Positions 1 to 10,065 of a stretch of DNA of 64,000 nucleotides are shown here, one piece after another. The stretch is from an uncultured virus (IMG/VR IMGVR_UViG_3300029258_003649) (taxonomy: Duplodnaviria; Heunggongvirae; Uroviricota; Caudoviricetes): IMG/VR virus record IMGVR_UViG_3300029258_003649; one strand, written 5' to 3'. Numbering within the stretch: the first letter of the stretch is position 1; every line of letters begins with the position of its first letter. The translations under genes and the position numbers were made by a program. The notes below the pieces were generated by a model that saw only the letters and a list, made by a program, of their open reading frames with translations, was not told where the DNA came from and searched no databases.

Positions 1-2
1 TG

Positions 3-1013
3 GCCTGCCGTGTCAGCCATGACGTCTGTTCTGGCTGTGGCAACCATGCCAAGAGCCGCAAAGAATACTGTGGACCGGAGATGTGCAAATATGGCGGATG
101 CAGAGATAACCTCGCCAAGACTTTCGATGACGGACATACGCTCCATGTCGACAACCCAGATCCATGCTTCTTCGACATCTCGAAGGTCTTTCGCCCGGCA
201 GATCGCATCGCTTACACGCTTGGTAAATGTGCTGCAGCAGAAGACTACCAAGAAATGCTCAAAGCCGCCGCAGACACCTACGGATCTGAGCAAAGTGCTG
301 CAGCGCTTGCGGAGCGACTTGGGGTTACCCCGCCTCTCTGGATCCTCACAGACGGCCCCTGGAGTGACCCGCGTGTCGTTGGACAACTCAAGGTGGCAAA
401 CTACCTGATCCAGCAAGAGAACGCACTGGAGGTCGACGGGAGCCCAATTGCGCAAGATCGTGCGTGCCAGCCGGTTGTGCAACCGCTCCGGATCGACGCT
501 CCTGACGTCCGCAAGGGTCCGTACAAGCTGGCCCACGTCGTGACAGCACTGGCAGCAGAGAAGTGCATGCTTCCTGTTGATTCGTTCATCGCCATGCTGA
601 CCGGCGAACACAACACCAAAACAGCAGCCGCAGCGGACGCCGTTGCGGACCGCTTGCCAGGCGTGTACAATCGTCTGGCATCTGATCCGAGGCTCGAAGA
701 GGACCTCCGTCAGAACCCCTATTTGCCCGGTGGTCCAGCGCCAAAACGCGTCAGGCATTGGGTGCTGAAACACGCCGGCGAATGGTCGCTGGCTCGCGAC
801 CGCGTCATCGAGCGGCTCCAACTGTCCGTTTTGCGGCAGCCGAAGGCGCCTGACCCCCGTCGGTCGATGACCAAGATAGCTATGGTCGACAGTGCTGAGG
901 AGCTGGCCAAGCAGTACGCCTTGTACCAGCTTGGCTTCCTCCAAGCCCATGCGGCTGATCCAGACGCCGCATTCATGCAGGAGATGGCCGTCAGATCAAA
1001 CTTTGTGAGGTAA
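3..1013 (+). CDS. Prohead (capsid maturation) protease with Zn-finger insertion, 5'-truncated by the window
   Basis: The frame is open from the window edge: (M)ACRVSHDVCSGCGN..EYC then NPDPCFFDISKVFRPADRIA, resembling the S-x-V-x-x-P-A segment of phage head proteases. It lies upstream of the scaffold and capsid genes. Confidence 0.7.
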   Translation, partial: ACRVSHDVCSGCGNHAKSRKEYCGPEMCKYGGCRDNLAKTFDDGHTLHVDNPDPCFFDISKVFRPADRIAYTLGKCAAAEDYQEMLKAAADTYGSEQSAAALAERLGVTPPLWILTDGPWSDPRVVGQLKVANYLIQQENALEVDGSPIAQDRACQPVVQPLRIDAPDVRKGPYKLAHVVTALAAEKCMLPVDSFIAMLTGEHNTKTAAAADAVADRLPGVYNRLASDPRLEEDLRQNPYLPGGPAPKRVRHWVLKHAGEWSLARDRVIERLQLSVLRQPKAPDPRRSMTKIAMVDSAEELAKQYALYQLGFLQAHAADPDAAFMQEMAVRSNFVR

Positions 1014-1014
1014 G

Positions 1015-1410
1015 ATGAAAACCTGCAGAGAGTGTAGAAACACCAAACCAGCCACACAATTCCCGCCAAATCGGCGGGTGTGTCTGGCGTGTACGCGGGC
1101 GTATCACCGCCAAAAATACGTTGAACGCCCGTATCGACAGACTATGGCCTACCATTTGAAGCGCTATGGGCTGTCGGTCGAAGATTACGAAAAAATGGCG
1201 GCTGACCAGAATGGCGTCTGTGCTATCTGCGGGCAGCCAGAGCGTAAAAAGTCGGCACTTTCGGTCGATCACGACCACGAGACCGGCGAAGTCCGCGGAT
1301 TGCTGTGCGATGCCTGCAACCGTGGATTGGGCGCTTTCAGGGATGATCCGGAGCGGCTGGGCCGGGCCATCGCATACCTGGAGGCGGCCACGATTGGAGT
1401 ACCCAGCTAA
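1015..1410 (+). CDS. Endonuclease VII-type HNH (homing) endonuclease
   Basis: CAICG...LSVDHDHETGEVRGLLCDACNRGLG motif, with an N-terminal CxxC..CxxC. Confidence 0.9.
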   Translation: MKTCRECRNTKPATQFPPNRRVCLACTRAYHRQKYVERPYRQTMAYHLKRYGLSVEDYEKMAADQNGVCAICGQPERKKSALSVDHDHETGEVRGLLCDACNRGLGAFRDDPERLGRAIAYLEAATIGVPS

Positions 1411-1529
1411 AATTTCGTACGTTAAGCAGAAAGTCCGTATTGACTGCACTGCTTCAATTAGTCCAAAATACAACCTGACGGGTTTAACACTGCCGCGGCA
1501 GAGACCCTACCAAGTCATGGAGGACAAAG

Positions 1530-2780
1530 ATGCCTAGCCTATTCGACAACGTCACTGACCTCGTCAACGAGATCGGTGCGGAAAAGACGGCCGCCGACAA
1601 GTCCGCGATGGACGACCCAGGTGGCTATGAGGGTCCTACCTCGCACCCGTCCAAGAAGCCGGACGACAACGAACAGGATCCCGTGGAAGGTTTCCAATCC
1701 GCTGACAACGAGCGGAAAGTGAAAGAGGACATTCCCGACACGACGAACAAGAAGCCTGAGCTCACCGAAGGCTCGGCCCCCAAGGCCGAAGACGTGCAGC
1801 TCGGACAGGGCGTCGATGCCGCGAAGCCGACCGGCCAAGATCCTTCGACCGAGGAGGACTACAAGGGTACGCTTCAGGGCGACAAGCGGGAAGGCGACCA
1901 GGGTGGCACGAGCCATCCGGCCAAGGGCGACTACGGCGAGAAGTACTCCGCCGACAAGCTCGCCGAACTTGGTGACGACGATCTCTGCAAGTGCGCCAAG
2001 GACCTTGGCGATGACATCCTCGCGGATGTTGCCAACGGTCTCTGGGACGGCGACACTCCTGCTCCGGCTGGCGACGCCAATGCGGCTGCGCGTGCTGGTG
2101 AGAAGGTAGCGTCGGACGCCTCTGACGCTGGCGACGAGATGGAGAAGATTGCTTCGGGCGTTGTCCAGAACATCGTCAAGCAAGCCTATCACCAAGCCGA
2201 TCTCGTCGCGGCTCAGGTCTACCACGACCTCGAGCTCTTGAAGCAAGCGGAAGAAGACACCGCTGCGCTTGAAGATCCCACCGGCGGAGCCGAAGAAGGG
2301 GAGGACAACGGCTCGGACCCTACCGAAGCGCCGCCCGAAGGTGAAGAAGGTGGTGAAGAAGGCGCTGAGGAACTTCTGGCTGCCATGGGCGGCGGCGGCC
2401 CTGAAGAAGGTCTCGGTGGCGAGCTTCCCCCGGAAGCTGGCATGGAACCGGGCATGGAGCCTGGCATGGAGCCCGGTCTCGAAGGCGGGATGCCGCCGGA
2501 GATGGGCGGCCTTGAAGGCGGACCTCCGCCGGAAATGGGCGGCATGCCTGATGAAGCGGCTATCCAACAGTTGGCTATGGCCCTGATGGAAGCCGGCATC
2601 GATCCCGCTGCACTTGCTGCCGCTGGTCCCGAAGGGGCCAAGATCGCAGCCGCAGTCCACGACCACAAGAGCTCGGGCCGCTTCTACTTCGAAGAAGCGA
2701 AGCAAGGCTCGGACGAACGTAAGGTCAGGGACTACATGAAGGGCTTCGTCACCGAACTGTATCGACGCAGCCAAAAGTAG
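1530..2780 (+). CDS. Acidic low-complexity head scaffold or internal protein
   Basis: GGAGG RBS; rich in D/E/G/P with GMEP repeats and many K-x-A motifs; located between the protease and the capsid gene. Confidence 0.55.
   Translation: MPSLFDNVTDLVNEIGAEKTAADKSAMDDPGGYEGPTSHPSKKPDDNEQDPVEGFQSADNERKVKEDIPDTTNKKPELTEGSAPKAEDVQLGQGVDAAKPTGQDPSTEEDYKGTLQGDKREGDQGGTSHPAKGDYGEKYSADKLAELGDDDLCKCAKDLGDDILADVANGLWDGDTPAPAGDANAAARAGEKVASDASDAGDEMEKIASGVVQNIVKQAYHQADLVAAQVYHDLELLKQAEEDTAALEDPTGGAEEGEDNGSDPTEAPPEGEEGGEEGAEELLAAMGGGGPEEGLGGELPPEAGMEPGMEPGMEPGLEGGMPPEMGGLEGGPPPEMGGMPDEAAIQQLAMALMEAGIDPAALAAAGPEGAKIAAAVHDHKSSGRFYFEEAKQGSDERKVRDYMKGFVTELYRRSQK
2439..2474 (+). repeat. Three 12-bp tandem repeats encoding GMEP
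   Basis: ggcatggaaccg ggcatggagcct ggcatggagccc. Confidence 0.85.
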
Positions 2781-2842
2781 TTTCACCAAAAATCCTGTTG
2801 TCGCCGCGAGGCGATGCGGTTTTGTGAACCCGGAGGTTTAAC

Positions 2843-3250
2843 ATGAGCACCAACTCGAACGCACCAAAGGTCCTCGCGGCTCTGCGTGCGAGCAACGAGA
2901 TTAGCAAGCGGTTCCAAGAAAAGGTCGCTGCCGATCAAGCCAAGGAAGCACAAGTCAAGGAAGCGCTTCCGGAAGCTGTTGCCGCGTGCGTCGACAACGA
3001 GCGCATCTACGGTGATCAGAGTGAGAAGGTGGCGGCAGCCCTCGGCGACCCGGAAACGGGCCACGCCGCGTGTCTGACGTTCATCCGCGACCTGGCCAAG
3101 CACCGGACCGCCGAAGAGGTTTCCTCGATTGGCACCCCGGTCGGCCAAGAGAAGACTGCTAGCGCCCGTGGAGCGACAGGCAGCCGTGTGGCTGACTTCG
3201 ACGAGACGGATGCAGGTCGTGCGTTTCGCGACCGACTGCTCAGCCAGTAA
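2843..3250 (+). CDS. Small head-assembly protein (scaffold-like)
   Basis: GGAGG RBS; helical and rich in K-x-A (EKVAA, EKTAS); lies in the head operon. Confidence 0.55.
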   Translation: MSTNSNAPKVLAALRASNEISKRFQEKVAADQAKEAQVKEALPEAVAACVDNERIYGDQSEKVAAALGDPETGHAACLTFIRDLAKHRTAEEVSSIGTPVGQEKTASARGATGSRVADFDETDAGRAFRDRLLSQ

Positions 3251-3321
3251 CTGAGTAGTTCACCCTGTAACCAACGTCAGTCCGCAAGGCTGGCATACAA
3301 ATCTTGACACGGAGGTTAAGA

Positions 3322-3903
3322 ATGCCTGGTCAAGTGCCTCAAATGTTCGAACAGGCTTTGGACACGCTCAAGGGCTGGTTCCACTTGTCTGCACTCGACA
3401 AATCTGCCAAGCTGGCCGCTTCGCTGCTTGACAGTGCGACCGAGGTCCCCGCGGGCCGCGTGGCGCACATCAACGTGGACGGTGAGTTTGAGCTGGGTGG
3501 TGACGGCACGCAGATGCCGATCTTCCTGTGGAACGGGAAGGACCACCCCGACGTCTACAACAACGGGACCAGTCCCGTCACGGACGTCGATCACTGGTGG
3601 GCTGTCGCCCCGACTGGCGTAATGTCCGGTCTGGTCGCCACCGGTGGCTATGAACTCCAAACCACGGAGTTCGACGATCAACAGGTGTACGCACCGAATG
3701 ATCCGCTGACCGGGGATGCCGATGGCATCCTGACCAACGTCGGCGCTCTTCAGTACACCGACTGGATTTGCGGTATCGCCTCGTGGCACGTGCAGGGCGA
3801 CAATCAGTCGGCCGCCGCGACGAGCCCCGTCGGCGAAAACGCCCACGGCGTCACCGTGCTTTCGTTCTGGACCTACTTCCTGCCTGCTGCCCCGATCGTC
3901 TAG
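3322..3903 (+). CDS. Head decoration or minor capsid protein (putative)
   Basis: GGAGG at 3311 and ATG at 3322; beta-rich protein immediately upstream of the major capsid gene. Confidence 0.55.
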   Translation: MPGQVPQMFEQALDTLKGWFHLSALDKSAKLAASLLDSATEVPAGRVAHINVDGEFELGGDGTQMPIFLWNGKDHPDVYNNGTSPVTDVDHWWAVAPTGVMSGLVATGGYELQTTEFDDQQVYAPNDPLTGDADGILTNVGALQYTDWICGIASWHVQGDNQSAAATSPVGENAHGVTVLSFWTYFLPAAPIV

Positions 3904-3989
3904 GGTTAGGCTCGAAGGGAGTCCGTTTTCGTAACTGACAACCCAGCGCCGCGAGGATGCGGCGATTTACCATTGCAAGGAGGAAACTG

Positions 3990-4916
3990 ATGTCCAGTCC
4001 CTCTAGCGTCCAAGTCCTGAACGAAGAGCTGTTTGCTCAGCTCGAGACGCCGGGGATGGAAAAGAACGCGCTCGACGCGGTGAACGAATTCACCCGCGTA
4101 CGAGTCCGCGAAGATGGTTTCTACCGCAAGATCATCCCGCCTGTCCAGGTTGCGAACGACGATCTCGATCGTCAAGTCGACACGGACAAGCCCGTGGTCG
4201 TGGTGGACAAAGAACCCGGTTCGCCGGCCGCCATCTCCATCCCTTTCGCCACGTTGCCGATCAACGTGTACATCCGCGGTCCTCGCTACCGCGTGATGTT
4301 CGACCGGATCGTGACGCCGCGTTTCGTCAAGGACATTGACGAACTGAGAACATGGCAGATGGATATTCGGCAAGTCCTTTCGGACAACGCCATCAAGGAC
4401 ATGCTCGCGGAAGAGGACTCCAAGTTCCTCACCGCCGTGAACACCGCCCTCGTTGGTGCGAATGCCATCGTCCCGACCAGTGGAGTCATCCAGTGGGAAA
4501 CCATCTTCGGTGGGATCTCGCGTGACACCACTCAAGAAGCCCTGAAGATCATGCCGAAGACCCCGTCGCACCTCGAGGTCAACACGGTCCTGGTGAACAA
4601 CGTCACCATCCGTGAAATCCTCAAGTGGGGCTACGACGAGGCCGGCGGCGACCTCTCGGGCGACTTCTTGAAGAACGGCTGGTCGGAGATCGACCTGATG
4701 GGTGTCAAGTGGGTCGTCACGATCAAACGTGACCTCGTTCCCGACGATACGTTCTACATGTTCGGTGACCCTCGGTTCATCGGCAAGTCGTATCTTCTGG
4801 AAGACACCACGATGCACATCAAGCGGGAAGCCTTCATGATCGAGTTCTTCGCCTACGAAACCTGTGGCGGAAGCATCGGTCATACGGGCGGTCTCGCACG
4901 TGCCGACTTCGCGTAG
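3990..4916 (+). CDS. Major capsid protein (putative HK97 fold)
   Basis: AAGGAGG RBS; about 308 aa; RVREDGFYRKIIPP N-terminal segment and FFAYETCGGSIGH C-terminal segment; followed by a strong hairpin; expected position in the head module. Confidence 0.75.
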   Translation: MSSPSSVQVLNEELFAQLETPGMEKNALDAVNEFTRVRVREDGFYRKIIPPVQVANDDLDRQVDTDKPVVVVDKEPGSPAAISIPFATLPINVYIRGPRYRVMFDRIVTPRFVKDIDELRTWQMDIRQVLSDNAIKDMLAEEDSKFLTAVNTALVGANAIVPTSGVIQWETIFGGISRDTTQEALKIMPKTPSHLEVNTVLVNNVTIREILKWGYDEAGGDLSGDFLKNGWSEIDLMGVKWVVTIKRDLVPDDTFYMFGDPRFIGKSYLLEDTTMHIKREAFMIEFFAYETCGGSIGHTGGLARADFA

Positions 4917-4937
4917 TCGAATCCCTTTCCGTGGCTT

Positions 4938-4968
4938 GCCTCCCGGGGCTTTGTAAACCCCGGGAGGC
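4938..4968 (+). terminator. GC-rich hairpin after the capsid gene
   Basis: gcctcccgggg / ccccgggaggc form an 11-bp stem; there is no U-tract. Confidence 0.55.
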
Positions 4969-5014
4969 GGGACCTGTGGATCAACCTTGAACCCCAATCC
5001 GGAACGGAAAACAA

Positions 5015-5407
5015 ATGAGTACCAATCTTCCGACTCAGGACCAAGCCCTCCAGGCTCAGTCCTATATGCTTGACCGGATCCACGTTCCGGCTTTCTTCGA
5101 GAAGCTGGCAGCCCACGGTGTGGAGCCTCGGAACGACGCAGAAGCGAAGCAGCTGCTTCAACTCGGCGCCGTGCTTGCCGAAGCTGCGCAGCAAGGCCAA
5201 GTGAAGCAAGCTTCCGCCGAGAACCCGTTCTTGACGGACATGCTGCAACGCTTCGCCCCGCAATCGGCTCCGAATGTGGACGACTACGTCAAGCAGTCCG
5301 CAGACCAACTCGTCGGAGAGAGTGAACTCGCTCGAAACGCTGCGCTGATTTACGCGCACACCGTGTCGGGCGGCGAACTTGCCGACGAGCAACCGGCCGC
5401 AGAGTAG
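5015..5407 (+). CDS. Head-associated hypothetical protein
   Basis: In-operon ORF with FFEKLAA and VKQAS motifs. Confidence 0.6.
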   Translation: MSTNLPTQDQALQAQSYMLDRIHVPAFFEKLAAHGVEPRNDAEAKQLLQLGAVLAEAAQQGQVKQASAENPFLTDMLQRFAPQSAPNVDDYVKQSADQLVGESELARNAALIYAHTVSGGELADEQPAAE

Positions 5408-5476
5408 CAGCCGGGGCGACCACCGAGTCGCTTGACCTTTACCAACAAACCCTTTGCATATACAGGGATGTGACAA

Positions 5477-5839
5477 ATGGCCATCAATGAAGCCAATCCG
5501 GCGACCGCCTGTCTTTACAGTACGGTTCGCAACATCGCTGCGTCCGAGAAGTTCTACGGCTTCTTGCCTCCGCACGGAAAGCGGATGGCCTGTGGCGAAG
5601 AACTTGCGGTCTGGGGCGACATTCAACACTGGCTCACGCGGTTTACGCCGAATGAGCGAGAGCGTCGCTCCCTGGAGTACGCGTTGGACAACGACTACCT
5701 TGTCGTCGTCAACACGCCGGCAGTGCATCTGTTCGACGATACGCTCGACGAGACCAAGATCCTCACGCTGGACAATGGCAGCTTTGCTGCCGCTGATCCG
5801 TGCTGGGGCGCTTACAGCTCGGAAGCGATCTCGTGCTAG
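5477..5839 (+). CDS. Hypothetical virion protein
   Basis: Typical codon usage; last gene before the terminator. Confidence 0.6.
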   Translation: MAINEANPATACLYSTVRNIAASEKFYGFLPPHGKRMACGEELAVWGDIQHWLTRFTPNERERRSLEYALDNDYLVVVNTPAVHLFDDTLDETKILTLDNGSFAAADPCWGAYSSEAISC

Positions 5840-5870
5840 ACCCTGCTTGCAGTAGGCATAGCGCTTAAAG

Positions 5871-5903
5871 GGCGGCGGAGGACCCCTTCTCCGCCGCCTT
5901 TTT
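5871..5903 (+). terminator. Rho-independent terminator
   Basis: ggcggcggag / ctccgccgcc stem followed by TTTTT. Confidence 0.85.
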
Positions 5904-5911
5904 CATTAGGC

Positions 5912-5940
5912 TTGGCCACCGAGGGCCGCTCCTCTATACT
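5912..5940 (+). promoter_or_regulatory. Sigma70-like promoter for the fibre array
   Basis: TTGGCC-N17-TATACT directly after the terminator and before the AAGGAGG RBS of the gene at 5973. Confidence 0.55.
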
Positions 5941-5972
5941 GTAATTACCATGGTGTAAGCAAGGAGGCTCAG

Positions 5973-7691
5973 ATGCCTGGTGGTACACTCTACAAGGGCT
6001 ACTGGATCTTCGACGGGGTCCCGGAGGACTCCGCGGGTCAAGCCCTCAATCTCAACTTCATAAAGTCAGCCGACCACGTCGACGACACGACTGGTAATCC
6101 GCACGGCATCACCACCGTGATGATCGGGGCGGCTGAAGCTGTCCACGACCACAACTCTCTCTATTATCTACAGTCAGAAGTTGACACGCTCCTGCTCGGC
6201 AAGTCTGACGTCGGGCACATCCACGACGATCGTTACTACACTGAGACGGAAGTCGACGCGCTGCTCGCAGGCAAAGCCGACGATCCGCACAACCACAACG
6301 ATCTCTACTACACAGAAACAGAAGTAGACATTCTGCTTGCCGGCAAAGCGAATGTCACGCACACGCACACAGAAGCTGACATCACGGACCTCGGCGACTA
6401 CCTTACGGCACTCGTCGAAGACCTGGCGCCGACACTCGGCGGCAACCTCACGTTGGACGGCAACAGCATCATCGCCGCCGGGCCAACGACGATCACGTCG
6501 ACTGAGATCAGTTACCTCGACGGTGTTACGTCAAACATCCAGGATCAGATCAATAGCTTGTCCGTGGGCTTGACCTGGCGTGATCCTGTGATTGACCAGC
6601 TGTCGACGCCGCCCGGCGGGCCGCTAGTCGGTGACCGATACATCGTCGGTTCGTCGCCAACCGGTGCGTGGGCGGGCCGTGCAGACGACATTGCGGAATG
6701 GAACGGCTCTGGCTGGGACTTCTACACGCCGACCGACGGTTGGGCGGTGTGGAACCAGGTCCAGGACAAGCAACAGACGTACAACGGCGCGGCGTGGGTC
6801 GACATCGGCGGGACTACGGACCACGGCTCGCTGTCCGGGCTGCTCGATGACGATCATCCGCAGTACATGCAGGACGTCCTCGACGATGCGACTCCGCAGC
6901 TGGGCGGCGACCTCGATGTGAACGGCAATTCGTTCAGCATCAGTGGAAGCACTGGACTCAGCGGACAGGTCCCAACGTCCGACGGCGTCGGCGGGTTGTC
7001 CTGGTTGACTCCGTCCGGTTCGGGCGGCACGGTCCAGGGCACCGACGGCAATTCGTACAATATCCGGTCGGCGAACACCGGTGTCGGTGTGGGTGGCAAC
7101 GCCCGCGGCGAGTCGTCGGTTGACCTGCAAACGATCAGAACGGGAGCCACGGAAGTGGCGTCTGGTGCGGGCGCAGCTACGCTCGCCGGAGACAGCAATA
7201 CCGCAAGTGGGCAGAATTCTGCTACACTGGCAGGTAAGCAGGCTGTTGCTAAGCGGTACGGGCAGGTCGCGCAGGCTGCGGGCAGTTTCGCTGTCAACGG
7301 TGACGCGCAGGCCAGTACCTATGTGATGCGCGGCACCACCACCAACGCATCCCCCGTCATCCTCACACTCGACGGGACGTCGGCGAAGCCAGTTCTCGAC
7401 AACTACACGACGTGGATGTTCGAGATCCTGATCGTCGGCCGGAACGTCAGTTCGCTAGTTGAAGAGTCGGCGTCGTTCATGTTTCGCGGCGCAATCGACC
7501 AGAGGGGCACGCTCGCGTCGACCGCATTGGTCGCCGGGGTGGGCAAGGAAGTTCATAAAGATGTGTCCGCTTGGGACGCCGACGTGACCGCCGACACGGT
7601 CAACGGCGCGCTCGAGATTGAAGTAACTGGAGAAGTCGGTAAGAACATCCGATGGGTGGCCTTTGTGCGTACCATCGAGGTTACCGCATAA
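5973..7691 (+). CDS. Modular fibre/spike protein 1 (HxH repeats, DUF2793-like domain, shared C-terminal beta domain)
   Basis: HxHDxxYYTETEVD repeats, PQLGGDLD modules, TPP..GDRYIV..PTGAWAG..IAEWNG domain, GNARGESSVDLQT, and a WVAFVR terminus. Confidence 0.7.
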   Translation: MPGGTLYKGYWIFDGVPEDSAGQALNLNFIKSADHVDDTTGNPHGITTVMIGAAEAVHDHNSLYYLQSEVDTLLLGKSDVGHIHDDRYYTETEVDALLAGKADDPHNHNDLYYTETEVDILLAGKANVTHTHTEADITDLGDYLTALVEDLAPTLGGNLTLDGNSIIAAGPTTITSTEISYLDGVTSNIQDQINSLSVGLTWRDPVIDQLSTPPGGPLVGDRYIVGSSPTGAWAGRADDIAEWNGSGWDFYTPTDGWAVWNQVQDKQQTYNGAAWVDIGGTTDHGSLSGLLDDDHPQYMQDVLDDATPQLGGDLDVNGNSFSISGSTGLSGQVPTSDGVGGLSWLTPSGSGGTVQGTDGNSYNIRSANTGVGVGGNARGESSVDLQTIRTGATEVASGAGAATLAGDSNTASGQNSATLAGKQAVAKRYGQVAQAAGSFAVNGDAQASTYVMRGTTTNASPVILTLDGTSAKPVLDNYTTWMFEILIVGRNVSSLVEESASFMFRGAIDQRGTLASTALVAGVGKEVHKDVSAWDADVTADTVNGALEIEVTGEVGKNIRWVAFVRTIEVTA

Positions 7692-7720
7692 CATAGAGCC
7701 TTGATAAGGAGATCACTCTA

Positions 7721-10033
7721 ATGGCTGAGAAGACCTTCACCTACGATGCAGCGAATTTCCCGATTGGCGTTACGCCGCAGGAATTCGACTATCTTCGGAA
7801 CCTTACCGGGAATATCCAGACGCAGTTGGACGGCAAGGCTCCGGTTTCACACACCCACACCGAGTCCGACATTACGGACTTGGGCAACTACCTGGAAAAC
7901 CTCGTTGAGGATACCACGCCCCAGTTGGGCGGCGACCTCGACTTGAACGGCAGCGCCATCTCCATCAGTGGTGGAACTGGTACGGCCAACCAGCTCGTCA
8001 TCTCGAACGGTGACGGCACGATGTCGTACTCCTCGCTGGACATCAGCTGGGACACGTCGCCGACCTTGGGTGGCACGCTTGACCTGAACGGGCAGGATAT
8101 TACTGCCGCGGGTCCGACGACCATCTCCTCGACTGAGGTGAGCTATCTGGACGGCGTTACGTCGAACATCCAGACGCAGCTGAACGGCAAGGCCAATGCG
8201 AGCCATACGCACACGGAATCGGACATCACGGATCTGGGTTCGTACCTGGAGAACGTGGTCGAAGACACCACGCCGCAGCTCGGCGGAACGTTGGACTTCA
8301 ACTCCAACGCCCTCCAAGACAACGCTGCGTCGACTGGTACTGCCAACCAGTACCTCAACGCGACCGGTGCTGGCGGAAGTGTCGCATGGCAAGCCCTGGA
8401 CATCTCGCATGACACGTCTCCGCAACTCGGCGGCGACCTGGACATGAACGGCAACAACATCAATGCCGGTGGAACGCTGATTTCGCCGACAGAGATGTCG
8501 TACTTGAACAACGCGTCGAGTAACATCCAGGATCAGATCGACGGAATCGCTGGTGGTCTGTTCTGGCAGGAGCCGGTCATCGCCGAGCAGAACGATCCGC
8601 CCGCATCGCCAACGACTGGCGATCGTTACATCGTCGGCGACACGCCCACCGGGCAGTGGTCGACGGATAGCGCAGCCGAGAAGATCGCCGAGTGGAACGG
8701 CTCGAGCTGGGATTACGGTACACCTGACGAAGGTTGGGCGGTTTGGGACCAAACCGAGGATACCCAAAAGGTCTACAACGCCGCACACCCAGGTGGTGAT
8801 TGGGTCAAGATCGGTGCAACGGTCGACCACGGTAACCTGGGCGGTCTCGGCGACGACGACCACCCGCAGTACCTGAAGAACCTGTCCGAGGACACCACGC
8901 CGGAACTCGGCGGCACGCTCGACCTCGCGGACCAGGCTATCCAGGACAACGCGGATTCGACAGGTGCGGCCAACACCTACCTCAATGCGACGGCTGCCGG
9001 CGGAAGCGCCGAATGGATCGCGTTGGACATTTCGCACGACACGTCGCCGACCCTCGGCGGGAACCTCGACATGTCGACGTTCAACATCGAGGGCGTCACC
9101 GCGACAGAGATCGGTTACGTCTCGGGCGTCACGAGCTCGATCCAAACGCAGCTCAACGGTAAGGCTCCGACGAGCCACACCCACACCGAAGCCGACATCA
9201 CCGACCTCGGGTCGTACCTCGAGAACGTCGTGGAAGACACCACGCCGCAGCTCGGTGGCGACCTTGCCTTGAATGGCAACTCGATCAATGACGGCACCGG
9301 CACTGGTGCGGATCAGCAAGTTCTGGTCTCGGACGGTGTTGGCGGCATGAGCTGGGCAGATCAGTCCGGTGGCGACTCTGGTACGGTTCAGGGTACCGAC
9401 GGTACTCGGGACATCCAGGCGAGGCTCGACGGCTCGCCCGACGGTAATGCCCGCGGTGAGGACTCGGTCGACTTGCAGACCAGCCGCACGAACGCGGACG
9501 AGGTTGCCAGCGGTGTTGGCGCTTCGTTGCTCGGCGGTTCGGACAACAAGGCGACGGCCATCAACTCGTTCGCTGGCGGCGAAGCCGCGCTGGCAGACCT
9601 GTATGCTGGGCGAGCCCAGGCTGGTGGGGCGTTCTCGAGCCCCGGCGACGCACAGACCATCACCCTGGTCGCGCGTAACCAAACGACCGACGCCACGGTC
9701 ACCGAGCTGTTCCTTGACGGAACGGACGACCGGATCGTCCTGCCGAACGACACAACCTCGCTGTTCGAGGTCTACGTCGTGGGTCGCCGGACGGACGTCG
9801 ACGGCGAGTCGGCCGGCTACCGCTTCGCCGGCGTGATCGATCGCCAGACCAACGCCGCGTCGACAGCTCTGGTCGATGGCGTGAGCAAAGACCGTATCGA
9901 GGACACGGCGCAGTGGGATGCGGACGTGTCGGCCGATACGACCAATGGATCGTTGAAGATCGAGGTTACCGGTCAGGCGGCGAAGAACATCAACTGGGTG
10001 GCCTTCATCCGGCTGGTGTCGACGACTGGCTAA
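7721..10033 (+). CDS. Modular fibre/spike protein 2
   Basis: Seven D(T/S)xPxLGGxLD modules, SYLDGVTSNIQTQL and HTHTESDITDL modules, a DUF2793-like domain and the same C-terminal domain. Confidence 0.7.
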   Translation: MAEKTFTYDAANFPIGVTPQEFDYLRNLTGNIQTQLDGKAPVSHTHTESDITDLGNYLENLVEDTTPQLGGDLDLNGSAISISGGTGTANQLVISNGDGTMSYSSLDISWDTSPTLGGTLDLNGQDITAAGPTTISSTEVSYLDGVTSNIQTQLNGKANASHTHTESDITDLGSYLENVVEDTTPQLGGTLDFNSNALQDNAASTGTANQYLNATGAGGSVAWQALDISHDTSPQLGGDLDMNGNNINAGGTLISPTEMSYLNNASSNIQDQIDGIAGGLFWQEPVIAEQNDPPASPTTGDRYIVGDTPTGQWSTDSAAEKIAEWNGSSWDYGTPDEGWAVWDQTEDTQKVYNAAHPGGDWVKIGATVDHGNLGGLGDDDHPQYLKNLSEDTTPELGGTLDLADQAIQDNADSTGAANTYLNATAAGGSAEWIALDISHDTSPTLGGNLDMSTFNIEGVTATEIGYVSGVTSSIQTQLNGKAPTSHTHTEADITDLGSYLENVVEDTTPQLGGDLALNGNSINDGTGTGADQQVLVSDGVGGMSWADQSGGDSGTVQGTDGTRDIQARLDGSPDGNARGEDSVDLQTSRTNADEVASGVGASLLGGSDNKATAINSFAGGEAALADLYAGRAQAGGAFSSPGDAQTITLVARNQTTDATVTELFLDGTDDRIVLPNDTTSLFEVYVVGRRTDVDGESAGYRFAGVIDRQTNAASTALVDGVSKDRIEDTAQWDADVSADTTNGSLKIEVTGQAAKNINWVAFIRLVSTTG

Positions 10034-10065
10034 AATTATTCTCGTGAATAAAATTCGGTCCAAAC

